From Alkanindiges illinoisensis DSM 15370 (GTDB lineage: Bacteria; Pseudomonadota; Gammaproteobacteria; Pseudomonadales; Moraxellaceae), in NCBI RefSeq assembly GCF_000619845.1, contig NZ_JHUX01000003.1, positions 1,330,064 through 1,362,063 of the forward strand: DNA of 32,000 bases. The letters are read 5' to 3'. Below, piece by piece: positions 23,876-32,000 of this stretch. How positions within the stretch are numbered: position 1 is the stretch's first letter; every line of letters begins with the position of its first letter. Under the pieces are notes generated by a model that worked only from the letters and a program-made list of their open reading frames with translations, did not search any database and was not told where the DNA came from. Position numbers and translations under genes: made by a program.

Positions 23876-25345
23876 TTAGCGCATCACCACGATTTGAGCC
23901 AGTGCCGCCAGTTTGATCAGTGGCTGCGGATAAACACCCAGCACCAGCACCAGCAGTGAAGTCAGCAGTACCATAATACCGCCTGCTTTCACACCCCAAT
24001 TGGTCTGGGCATCAATGCGTGGTGTATCTGGTGGGGTCATGTAAAGCACTACCATCACACGCAGGTAATAATACAAACCAATCGCACTACCCAGAATAAT
24101 CATGGCAGCCAGGAACCAGCTCATGTTCTGTACCGCAGCCATTACCACAAAGAACTTGCCAATAAAGCCTGCGGTGAGTGGAATACCCGCCAATGACAGC
24201 ATCATGACAGTCAGCACTGCCGTGAGCACCGGACGACGCCAGAACAGGCCGCGATAATCAGCAATGGATTCTGCTTCAGTTGCACTATAAGGGCTGGACA
24301 TCAGTGCAACTGCACCAAACGCACCAATGGTGGTAAGTACGTAGGTCACCAGATAAATGCTGACCGTTGCAATGGATGACACACCCAGACAGATAATGGC
24401 AATCAGCACATAGCCAAAATGCGCGATGGATGAATAACCCAGCAGGCGTTTTAAGTTAACCTGACGTACTGCCAGCAGGTTGCCCACCAGAATCGACAAC
24501 ACCGCAATTGTAGCCAGAACAGTGTGCAGCCCTTCCATTGCCAATGAACTGGATACCAGTAAGAAGCGAACTGCAACGGCCAACATGGCAACTTTGCTGA
24601 CTGTTGCCAGAAAAGTTGCTGCTGGTGCAGGCGCACCCTGATACACATCAGGTGTCCAGCCATGAAATGGTGCCAGTGATAACTTGAATGCAATGGCAAT
24701 CACGATCAGGCCAAAGCCCATCACCACGATTGGCTCATGTAGCACCTGTCCCAGAATCTGACCCAGATTACGGAAATCCATGGTGCCGGTATAGCTATAC
24801 AGGAAAGCCATACCCATTAGTAACGCCGCAGAAGCGGTTGCTGACAGCACTAGATACTTGATCCCGGATTCCAGTGACTTGCTGCGTTCATGGGTATAAG
24901 CCAATAAGCCATAAGTTGGAATAGACAGTAGCTCAAGACTCATAAAAAATGAGGTCATGTGGCTGCTGGCTGTCATCAACATGCCGCCTGCTACAGCAAT
25001 CAGCAGCAACAGGTACAGCTCTTCACGGTTATGCTGATAGCTGTCAATGTAGGCATGCGCCAGCGTACAGCACGCCAGTGAAGCAATCAGGATTAGCGCC
25101 ATATTAAATAGCGCAAAACCATCAACCACGAATAAACCCATTACAGCTTGCGGGCCAGAATTCTGGAAAAATACCTGCCAGACAATACAGGCTACTGCCG
25201 CATTAAGGCCAATCACGGTTGCCGTTGCAATAAGGTCATGCTGGCGCTTGATGGCAACCAGTAGCATCACCAAAACGGCTGTTAGGCTGACAATAATAAC
25301 CGGTGCAAGTGGCGCCAGCGGTTTTAGCGTAGAAATCATATCCAT
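23876..25345 (-). CDS. nuoN: NADH-quinone oxidoreductase subunit N
   Basis: 489 aa, ~14 TM helices, antiporter-like subunit. It is last in the conserved nuoH-I-J-K-L-M-N order. Confidence 0.95.
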   Translation of the reverse strand: MDMISTLKPLAPLAPVIIVSLTAVLVMLLVAIKRQHDLIATATVIGLNAAVACIVWQVFFQNSGPQAVMGLFVVDGFALFNMALILIASLACCTLAHAYIDSYQHNREELYLLLLIAVAGGMLMTASSHMTSFFMSLELLSIPTYGLLAYTHERSKSLESGIKYLVLSATASAALLMGMAFLYSYTGTMDFRNLGQILGQVLHEPIVVMGFGLIVIAIAFKLSLAPFHGWTPDVYQGAPAPAATFLATVSKVAMLAVAVRFLLVSSSLAMEGLHTVLATIAVLSILVGNLLAVRQVNLKRLLGYSSIAHFGYVLIAIICLGVSSIATVSIYLVTYVLTTIGAFGAVALMSSPYSATEAESIADYRGLFWRRPVLTAVLTVMMLSLAGIPLTAGFIGKFFVVMAAVQNMSWFLAAMIILGSAIGLYYYLRVMVVLYMTPPDTPRIDAQTNWGVKAGGIMVLLTSLLVLVLGVYPQPLIKLAALAQIVVMR

Positions 25346-25348
25346 GGC

Positions 25349-26956
25349 TTATTGCATCTCCACGCTATTCATTGGACTAATGTTTGGCGTATTAAACAAT
25401 GGGTAATGATATGAGTTACTTAACCATTGCATGCTTAAATGAGACGTATTGAGTACATCCTGCGGGAATAGCCCCAGCCATAACAGGCCAACGCCCATCA
25501 CCAGTAGCATGGTCATTTCACGCGCATTCAAGTCTTTAAATGGTTGAGCCAGTTTTTGCTGCGACTCATGCGGCTGACCAAACATGGCTTTGTGAATCAT
25601 GATCAGGGTATACAGTCCTGCAAAAACCAGACTCACTGTGGCCAGAATGGTAAATGCTGGATAACGCGCATAAGAACCCAGCAGAATCAGGAACTCTGCA
25701 ACAAAATTACCTGTACCCGGAATGCCCATCAATGCAGCACTAAAGAACATCAGGAAAAATGGCAAGTAACGGAACTGTCCCCACATGCCACCCATCAGGC
25801 GCAAGTCACGGGTATGCAGACGCTCGTAAATCTGACCCGCCATAATAAACAGCGCAGCAGAAGACAGGCCGTGTGCCAGCATCATGATCATGACACCTTG
25901 CAGGGTCATCAGGTTGCCTGCATAAATGGCAAGCAGTATAAAACCCATGTGCGACACGCTGGTATAAGCCAGCAGACGTTTCATGTCTGTTTGCTGGAAG
26001 GCCAGCCATGCGCCATAGAACACGCCAATCAGACCCAGAATAATCGCAACGTTGGCGAAATCAGCCGACGCATGCGGAAACAGGGGTAGCACAAAACGCA
26101 GCAAGCCATAAGCTGCTGTTTTAATCAGGATACCAGCAAGGTCTACCGAACCAGCCGTGGGTGCCTGAGCGTGGGCATCCGGTAACCAGCCATGGAATGG
26201 CACTACTGGCAGCTTGACTGCAAACGCAATAAAGAAGCACAACATCAGGCCAAATTCAAAGCCATACGGCAGTGTTGTACCTAGCAGGTGCATATAGTCA
26301 AATGACAAGGTATTGGTCTGGGTAAAGCGGATCAGCACCAGAGTTAAAATACCCACCAGCATGATCAGACCAGAGGCTTGCGTGTAAATAAAGAACTTGG
26401 TTGCAGCATAAACACGTGAACGGCCAGTTGAACCAGAATGTCCCCATAGTGCAATCAGGAAATAGATCGGCACCAGCATCATCTCCCAGAAGAAGAAGAA
26501 CAGGAACATATCAATTGCCAGAAACACACCAATAACGCCGCCAAGACTCCATAACAGATTCAAATGGAAGAAGCCCACATTTTTCTGAATTTCATCCCAA
26601 GAACAGCCTACAGCCAGAACACCCAGCAAGGCAGTCAAGGCCACCATCATCAGTGACAACCCATCCAGTGCCAGATGGAAGCTAATGCCCAGCATGGGAA
26701 TCCATGCCAAGTTAAATTCTGCCTGCCATACGGGCGCAATGCCCGGTTGTACTACAATGGAAGTGGTTTCAGCATAATGCCCTGCCATCCATAATTGAAT
26801 GGCCAGACCCAGTGTTACCAGCATGCCAATCAGGGCAATCCAGCGTGGTGCCCGAATACTAACCTTTTCAAACACCCAGCATAAAAAACCTGCAATAAAG
26901 GGAATCAGGATTAGTGCAGGGAGAACCCAGTTATTTGGAGTTGAAAGTTCCTGCAT
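25349..26956 (-). CDS. nuoM: NADH-quinone oxidoreductase subunit M
   Basis: 535 aa, Mrp-antiporter-like. It carries the motif VPFHGWLPDAHAQAPTAGSV, and its position in the operon fits. Confidence 0.95.
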   Translation of the reverse strand: MQELSTPNNWVLPALILIPFIAGFLCWVFEKVSIRAPRWIALIGMLVTLGLAIQLWMAGHYAETTSIVVQPGIAPVWQAEFNLAWIPMLGISFHLALDGLSLMMVALTALLGVLAVGCSWDEIQKNVGFFHLNLLWSLGGVIGVFLAIDMFLFFFFWEMMLVPIYFLIALWGHSGSTGRSRVYAATKFFIYTQASGLIMLVGILTLVLIRFTQTNTLSFDYMHLLGTTLPYGFEFGLMLCFFIAFAVKLPVVPFHGWLPDAHAQAPTAGSVDLAGILIKTAAYGLLRFVLPLFPHASADFANVAIILGLIGVFYGAWLAFQQTDMKRLLAYTSVSHMGFILLAIYAGNLMTLQGVMIMMLAHGLSSAALFIMAGQIYERLHTRDLRLMGGMWGQFRYLPFFLMFFSAALMGIPGTGNFVAEFLILLGSYARYPAFTILATVSLVFAGLYTLIMIHKAMFGQPHESQQKLAQPFKDLNAREMTMLLVMGVGLLWLGLFPQDVLNTSHLSMQWLSNSYHYPLFNTPNISPMNSVEMQ

Positions 26957-26957
26957 C

Positions 26958-28835
26958 TTATTTCCCCAGTACCTGAATCACAATAAGTATCATGAGTAAT
27001 ATCACCGCGCCGATCACAATAGCTGCTGCATAACCACGCAATGATCCTGTTTGGCGATTGGTAGTAACACTGTTACCTGCCCTCACCAGTACTGGAAATA
27101 CGCCCCAAATGCGGTCTACTGGATCACGCCCCAGCAAACGCGCAATCATCAGGTACGGTTTAACAAATATTAAATGATAAAGCGCATCAAAGCCCCATGC
27201 ATTACGCCAGATATGCGCAATACCGGCACCCACTGATGTGTTGGCCATTTTTTGTACCGAAGCATAGTTAAAGGCAAACAGCACAGCACCCACGATCAGA
27301 CCCAGCAAAGCTACCCCAATGGCGGTATATTCAACAAAATGCTTATCGTGAGCCACCGCTGCATTCACCACAAATTCTGGCAATACATTATTGAGTACAT
27401 GACCTACCGGATGCTGTAGTAGTGCGCCAATGCAGGTCGACAATACTAGTAGCACACCCAGTGGTAACCAGTAGGTAACCCCTTCAATTTTGTGCGCATG
27501 GGTTTTTTCTTCACCATGAAATACCAGCCAGATCAGGCGGAAAGTATAGATTGACGTCAGGAATGCACCCACAACGCCAGCCCAGAATAATTCTGGATGA
27601 CCAGCTGCCCAGGCTTGCCACAGGATTTCATCTTTGGAATAAAAGCCCACAGTGATAAATGGTAAAGCCGCTAGTGCACCACCACCCACCAGAAAGCAGA
27701 CATACACGAATGGAATAGTTTTACGTAAGCCACCCATTTTGAAAATATTTTGTTCATGGTGACAGGCAATAATCACCGCACCTGAAGACAGGAACAGCAA
27801 AGCCTTGAAAAACGCATGAGTTAGCATATGGAAAACAGCAGCCTGATAGGCTTCGGCCCCTAGTGCCAAAAACATATAGCCCAGCTGACTCATGGTTGAA
27901 TATGCCAGAACACGTTTAATGTCTGTTTGTACCAGTGCTGCAAAACCAGCCATCAGCAAGGTAATAGCACCAATGACACCAACAAAATACAGCACATCTG
28001 GCGCAAGCTGGAATACCGGATGCATCCGGGCAATCAGGTAAACACCTGCGGTAACCATGGTTGCCGCGTGAATCAGTGCAGATACTGGTGTTGGACCTGC
28101 CATTGCATCGGCCAGCCAGGTTTGTAGTGGCAACTGTGCGGATTTACCCACGGCACCACCCAGTAGCATCAGGGCAGCCCAAGTCACTGCTGGGCTACCG
28201 CTGGTCAGCACTTCTGGTGCACGAACAACAATTTCATAAATGTCTAAAGTGCCAAATTGCTGAAATAGGATAAATAAGCCAATGAGCAGCAGAACATCAC
28301 CCACGCGGGTTACGGTAAATGCCTTAATAGCTGCAAAGCCGTTGTCCGGATTTTTAAAGTAAAAGCCAATCAACAGATAGGAACACAAGCCCACGCCTTC
28401 CCAGCCCAGGAACATCACCAGCAGGTTATCACCCAGTACCAGAAGCAGCATGCTGGCCACAAACAGGTTGAAATACGAGAAAAAGCGGGCAAAGCCTTCT
28501 TCCCCACGCATGTACCATGAGGCAAACAGGTGGATGAAAAAACCAACGCCTGTGATCATGCCTAGCATTACCAGCGATAGGCCATCAAGTTGCAAACCAA
28601 AGCTGGGCGCAAAGTTCCCAATGTGCATCCATGTCCAGAGAATCTGGTGATAATAGGCACCCTGTGTGTCCTGGCCTAAGTAATCGGCTGCCACATACAA
28701 TGCAGTTAGCGCAGACAGCGCCATTGAACCAACACCAATGATTGCTGCCAGTTTTTCAGAAATCTGGTCACGCAGACCGGCCAGTAAAATAAAGCCCAGT
28801 AGCGGAAAAACGAAAGTTAAAAACAGTAGGTTCAT
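26958..28835 (-). CDS. nuoL: NADH-quinone oxidoreductase subunit L
   Basis: 625 aa and collinear with E. coli NuoL as I recall it ([77 protein letters not shown]). Confidence 0.97.
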   Translation of the reverse strand: MNLLFLTFVFPLLGFILLAGLRDQISEKLAAIIGVGSMALSALTALYVAADYLGQDTQGAYYHQILWTWMHIGNFAPSFGLQLDGLSLVMLGMITGVGFFIHLFASWYMRGEEGFARFFSYFNLFVASMLLLVLGDNLLVMFLGWEGVGLCSYLLIGFYFKNPDNGFAAIKAFTVTRVGDVLLLIGLFILFQQFGTLDIYEIVVRAPEVLTSGSPAVTWAALMLLGGAVGKSAQLPLQTWLADAMAGPTPVSALIHAATMVTAGVYLIARMHPVFQLAPDVLYFVGVIGAITLLMAGFAALVQTDIKRVLAYSTMSQLGYMFLALGAEAYQAAVFHMLTHAFFKALLFLSSGAVIIACHHEQNIFKMGGLRKTIPFVYVCFLVGGGALAALPFITVGFYSKDEILWQAWAAGHPELFWAGVVGAFLTSIYTFRLIWLVFHGEEKTHAHKIEGVTYWLPLGVLLVLSTCIGALLQHPVGHVLNNVLPEFVVNAAVAHDKHFVEYTAIGVALLGLIVGAVLFAFNYASVQKMANTSVGAGIAHIWRNAWGFDALYHLIFVKPYLMIARLLGRDPVDRIWGVFPVLVRAGNSVTTNRQTGSLRGYAAAIVIGAVILLMILIVIQVLGK

Positions 28836-29143
28836 CCGCGCATCTCACTAGCTGCATCAACATCCAGATGCTGGAAGCGATGATAAAATTGAAGCACGAT
28901 TGCCAGACCAATACAGGCCTCGGCTGCAGCCAACGTCAGGATCAGGATAAACATCACCTGCCCATCCGGCTGACCCCAAACACTGCCTGCCAGCACAAAA
29001 GCCAGTGCCGCAGCATTCATCATGATTTCAAGACTCATGAGCATAAACATCAGGTTACGGCGCACCATAACGCCATATAATCCCAGCGCAAATAGCAGTG
29101 TTGCCAGAATCAGGCCATGTTCCAGTGGAATTGCTCCCATCAT
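28832..29143 (-). CDS. nuoK: NADH-quinone oxidoreductase subunit K
   Basis: 103 aa. [46 protein letters not shown]...SEMRG closely parallels E. coli NuoK. There are 4-nt start/stop overlaps with both nuoJ and nuoL. Confidence 0.96.
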   Translation of the reverse strand: MMGAIPLEHGLILATLLFALGLYGVMVRRNLMFMLMSLEIMMNAAALAFVLAGSVWGQPDGQVMFILILTLAAAEACIGLAIVLQFYHRFQHLDVDAASEMRG

Positions 29144-29700
29144 GGTTGCACCTCACTATCTCTTACGAAATCTTCTTTAATCGAATCTTCTTCTGCAACT
29201 ATAGGTTCACGCTTACCCAAATGGAATGCGGCGACTAAAGCCCCTAAAAGCAACATGGCTGCAATTTCAACCAACAACAGATAAGGGCCAAACAGGGCAA
29301 TACCCACCTGCTTTGGACCAACGCCATGTGTGCCAATTGCCGGGTGCGCAGCAGTATTGCCAGAAGACAGCATCCATACCAGTGCCAGACCCAGCAAAAA
29401 GCTCAGCAAGGCCGGTACAGTCCAGGCCGATGAGTTCAGCCACAGTTTTTCCTGCTGGGTAGTTTGTGCGCCCAAATTAAGCATCATCACCACGAATACG
29501 AACAGCACCATAATGGCGCCGGCATACACGATTACTTCCAGCGCACCTGCAAATGGCGCACCCACGATAAAGAAAATGCCCGCCACTGCCAGCAATGACA
29601 CAATCAGGTTGAGCAAGGCATGAACCGGATTGGTATTGGTTACCACCCGGATCGTAGACAACAGGGCCACAATGGCCATAAGGTAAAATGGCCAGATCAT
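29140..29700 (-). CDS. nuoJ: NADH-quinone oxidoreductase subunit J
   Basis: The start was trimmed to the ATG at 29700 ([30 protein letters not shown]...), with GGAG 9 nt upstream. The longer track ORF would overlap nuoI by 86 nt. Confidence 0.93.
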   Translation of the reverse strand: MIWPFYLMAIVALLSTIRVVTNTNPVHALLNLIVSLLAVAGIFFIVGAPFAGALEVIVYAGAIMVLFVFVVMMLNLGAQTTQQEKLWLNSSAWTVPALLSFLLGLALVWMLSSGNTAAHPAIGTHGVGPKQVGIALFGPYLLLVEIAAMLLLGALVAAFHLGKREPIVAEEDSIKEDFVRDSEVQP

Positions 29701-29713
29701 GCTAAATACTCCA

Positions 29714-30277
29714 TCATGGCAGTAGGCTCCGAGTATCAACAGGTGCAGATTCGCGCTCTGCTGCCCCTTTGGGTTTGCCGTCAATTGCCATACCGGCAAC
29801 CCGGTAAAAGTTATAATCAGGATATTTGCCAGGGCCTGAAATCAGCAAATGCTCTTTTTCATACACCAGATCCTGACGCACATATTCGCCCATTTCAAAA
29901 TCCGGCGTTAACTGAATCGCTGTGGTCGGACAAGCTTCTTCACACATACCACAAAAAATGCAGCGTGAAAAATTAATGCGGAAAAACTCAGGATACCAGC
30001 GCCCATCTTCTTTTTCTGCTTTTTGCAGCGAAATACAGCCTACCGGACACGCAACAGCACACAGGTTACAGGCCACGCAGCGCTCTTCCCCATCCGGGTC
30101 ACGGGTCAGAATAATCCGGCCACGGTAACGCGGTGGTACGATCTGTTCTGCCGGTACTTCCGGATACAAAATGGTATCACGCTTGCGAAAAGCATGAGTA
30201 AATACCATAAACAGGCTACGGACAATCGTCCCTGCCCCAATAACAACCTTCCCAAAGGAAGCCAGAATACTTGTCAT
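29714..30277 (-). CDS. nuoI: NADH-quinone oxidoreductase subunit I (2x[4Fe-4S] ferredoxin-type)
   Basis: It has two CxxCxxCxxxCP motifs ([12 protein letters not shown] and [12 protein letters not shown]). The N-terminus ...[15 protein letters not shown] resembles E. coli NuoI. Confidence 0.96.
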   Translation of the reverse strand: MTSILASFGKVVIGAGTIVRSLFMVFTHAFRKRDTILYPEVPAEQIVPPRYRGRIILTRDPDGEERCVACNLCAVACPVGCISLQKAEKEDGRWYPEFFRINFSRCIFCGMCEEACPTTAIQLTPDFEMGEYVRQDLVYEKEHLLISGPGKYPDYNFYRVAGMAIDGKPKGAAERESAPVDTRSLLP

Positions 30278-30296
30278 AACTGCTCTCCTTGCTCCC

Positions 30297-31328
30297 TTAG
30301 GCGGAATAATTGTGCAGAATGACTGCAGCAGTAACCAAAAGATTAATCAGGGTTAATGGCAGACAAACTTTCCAGCCAAAATTCATGACCTGATCATAAC
30401 GTGGACGCATTAAGGAACCACGAGCCAATACAAACATCATGACAAAGAACAGGGTTTTCACAATAAACCAGAAAACCGGCGGAACAAATGGAATTTCAAT
30501 ATTGAAAGGCGCCAGCCAGCCGCCAAAAAACAGCACAACAATCAATGAGGAAATCACCACCACGTTGACATACTCGGCAACGAAGAACATGCCCCACTTC
30601 ATGCCACCATATTCAATATGGTAACCCTCGGCCAGTTCCTGCTCGGCTTCCGGCTGGTCAAATGGATGACGGTGAGTCACCGCAACACCGGCAATCGCAA
30701 AAATACAAAACCCTAGAAACTGCGGCACAATGTTCCACAGATCACGCTGCGATTCCACGATGTCACGCAGGTTGAATGAACCAGCAATGGCCACCACACC
30801 CATCAGCGACAATCCCAAAAACACTTCATACGAAATGGTCTGGGCTGCGGAGCGCAGACCACCCAGCAAGGAGTATTTGTTGTTGGAAGACCAGCCGCCA
30901 AATAGAACGGCATATACCGCGATACCAGCCATGGCCATGAAGAACAGTAGACCAATGTCCAGATCAGCCACCCCTAGGGTTGGGCTAACTGGAATCACCA
31001 TAAAGGACAGGACGGCAGTACCCATTGCCACTGCAGGTGCCAGACGGAAAGTCAGCTTGTCGGCAAACTTGGGCGTCCAGTCTTCCTTGAACATGATTTT
31101 CAGCATGTCAGCAACGATCTGGAATATCCCGCCGGGGCCAACCCGGTTAGGGCCATAACGATCCTGCCATAAGGCCAGCAAACGGCGCTCAATAAAACTC
31201 ATGAGCGCTGCAAACAGTACGACTACCAGTAAAATTACAATGGCCTGCACCACCATAAAGGTCGTTTGCCACTGACTGGTGGTCATATAATCATTTAAAA
31301 ATGATGGAATTGAAGGATCAATCCGCAT
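30297..31328 (-). CDS. nuoH: NADH-quinone oxidoreductase subunit H
   Basis: 343 aa, 8 TM helices. It has the conserved [19 protein letters not shown] and [21 protein letters not shown] motifs. Confidence 0.96.
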   Translation of the reverse strand: MRIDPSIPSFLNDYMTTSQWQTTFMVVQAIVILLVVVLFAALMSFIERRLLALWQDRYGPNRVGPGGIFQIVADMLKIMFKEDWTPKFADKLTFRLAPAVAMGTAVLSFMVIPVSPTLGVADLDIGLLFFMAMAGIAVYAVLFGGWSSNNKYSLLGGLRSAAQTISYEVFLGLSLMGVVAIAGSFNLRDIVESQRDLWNIVPQFLGFCIFAIAGVAVTHRHPFDQPEAEQELAEGYHIEYGGMKWGMFFVAEYVNVVVISSLIVVLFFGGWLAPFNIEIPFVPPVFWFIVKTLFFVMMFVLARGSLMRPRYDQVMNFGWKVCLPLTLINLLVTAAVILHNYSA

Positions 31329-31329
31329 G

Positions 31330-32000
31330 TTAGACTCCTACCGCAGCAGCATCAACGCTGATGGCTATTGAATCGGTCAAGCTGACTACTGGCGCAAGTC
31401 CAACCGGATAACCTACATAGCCGTATGGCAAATAGTCCACCACGTTGACTGGCAGGTTAATGCTGGTGTCACCTGCTTTTACAGTAACACGCTGGCCCTG
31501 CTGAACATTCAGGCGGGCAGCATCGTCACGGCTAACACTAAATGCGGCTTCTGGAATGCGTGACTGCATAACCGGGGTACGCACTGTCATTTCGCCACTG
31601 GCAAAAATATGATGAACCGGAACCAGACGGTAGGTGCTGTCATTGTCCAGTAAAGGTGCTGGAGCCACAAAACTGCGTGCCGGACGTTTTGGCAGACGGT
31701 CAAACAGGCGCACGCCCGGATCACCGGCTTTTAGATGCCCACCGACTTCATCCTGAAACTTGTTCCACGATTGAGGTGAGTTCCAGCCCGGCGCCCAGGC
31801 AAATGGAATCAGCGAAGATGATTCCTGCGGGCCAACATAACCTTCCATGGAGAAAGCCAGTGCAGAATCCACATCGACTGGCTGCTTGGGCTCATGCACA
31901 GAAATTGGCGCACGCATGGCAGTCCGTCCAGAATAGCGGCGTGGTTCACGGGCAATTTTTAAGCCATGCACACGATAGCCTGCATCTGGCGCAACATCCA
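31330..32000 (-). CDS. nuoG: NADH-quinone oxidoreductase subunit G, C-terminal ~223 aa (5' part beyond the window end)
   Basis: The reading frame stays open beyond the track's GTG at 31971 to the window edge (…[30 protein letters not shown]…). Its position immediately upstream of nuoH, with a 1-nt gap, fits nuoG. Confidence 0.88.
   Translation of the reverse strand, partial: DVAPDAGYRVHGLKIAREPRRYSGRTAMRAPISVHEPKQPVDVDSALAFSMEGYVGPQESSSLIPFAWAPGWNSPQSWNKFQDEVGGHLKAGDPGVRLFDRLPKRPARSFVAPAPLLDNDSTYRLVPVHHIFASGEMTVRTPVMQSRIPEAAFSVSRDDAARLNVQQGQRVTVKAGDTSINLPVNVVDYLPYGYVGYPVGLAPVVSLTDSIAISVDAAAVGV

Noticed and set aside
23769-23999. 76-aa ORF spanning the nuoN 3' end and terminator
   Set aside because: It overlaps nuoN out of frame and runs through the terminator hairpin. 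It has no RBS.
29701-29799. Longer nuoJ start (track ORF to 29799)
   Set aside because: It would overlap nuoI by 86 nt. The ATG at 29700 has a GGAG RBS and matches the usual NuoJ N-terminus.
1-32000. Window-wide search by eye for CRISPR arrays, tRNA/rRNA genes, IS elements and known multi-gene defence systems
   Set aside because: I found no regularly spaced repeats of CRISPR size, no GC-rich cloverleaf-like segments in the intergenic regions, and no transposase, integrase, nuclease-helicase or methylase ORFs. Only the Phd-VapC pair qualifies as defence or addiction-type content.

Overview
This is a 32-kb chromosomal segment of a gammaproteobacterium. The protein sequences look Moraxellaceae or Acinetobacter-like, but that is an inference from remembered homologues, not a search result.

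Most of the window is housekeeping:
- valS on the plus strand.
- The distal part of the NADH:quinone oxidoreductase operon, nuoG(partial)-H-I-J-K-L-M-N, on the minus strand.
- upp followed by a GNAT acetyltransferase.
- fpr with a divergent LysR regulator.
- An Amt ammonium transporter.
- An AraC regulator divergent from a family III CoA-transferase.
- An SDR oxidoreductase, a PLP-dependent ACC-deaminase/D-cysteine-desulfhydrase-family enzyme, and a HI0933/YhiN-type flavoprotein.

Between these sit poorly characterised membrane or secreted proteins: two DUF421/YetF-like, one DUF805, one DUF2306-like, one DUF4870-like, one YARHG-domain protein, and a five-fold 'conserved TM helix' repeat protein.

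An AT-rich insert of about 1.9 kb lies between valS and an outer-membrane barrel gene. It carries a secreted protein, an orphan XRE regulator and a Phd/YefM-VapC toxin-antitoxin pair.

I saw no rRNA, tRNA, CRISPR array, transposase or integrase.

The items most worth a second look are:
1. The amt gene, which lacks glnK, is bracketed by two mirror-oriented DUF421 genes, and sits behind an enhancer/sigma54-like control region.
2. The XRE + Phd + VapC trio, with two separate sets of operator-like repeats.
3. An unlisted 54-aa CxxC-hydrophobic-CxxC ORF upstream of the secreted protein.
4. The repeat-built 550-aa membrane protein with a long structured upstream region.

None of these can be shown to be a new system from sequence alone. 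All coordinates for sub-ORF features were derived by hand and may be off by a few bases.
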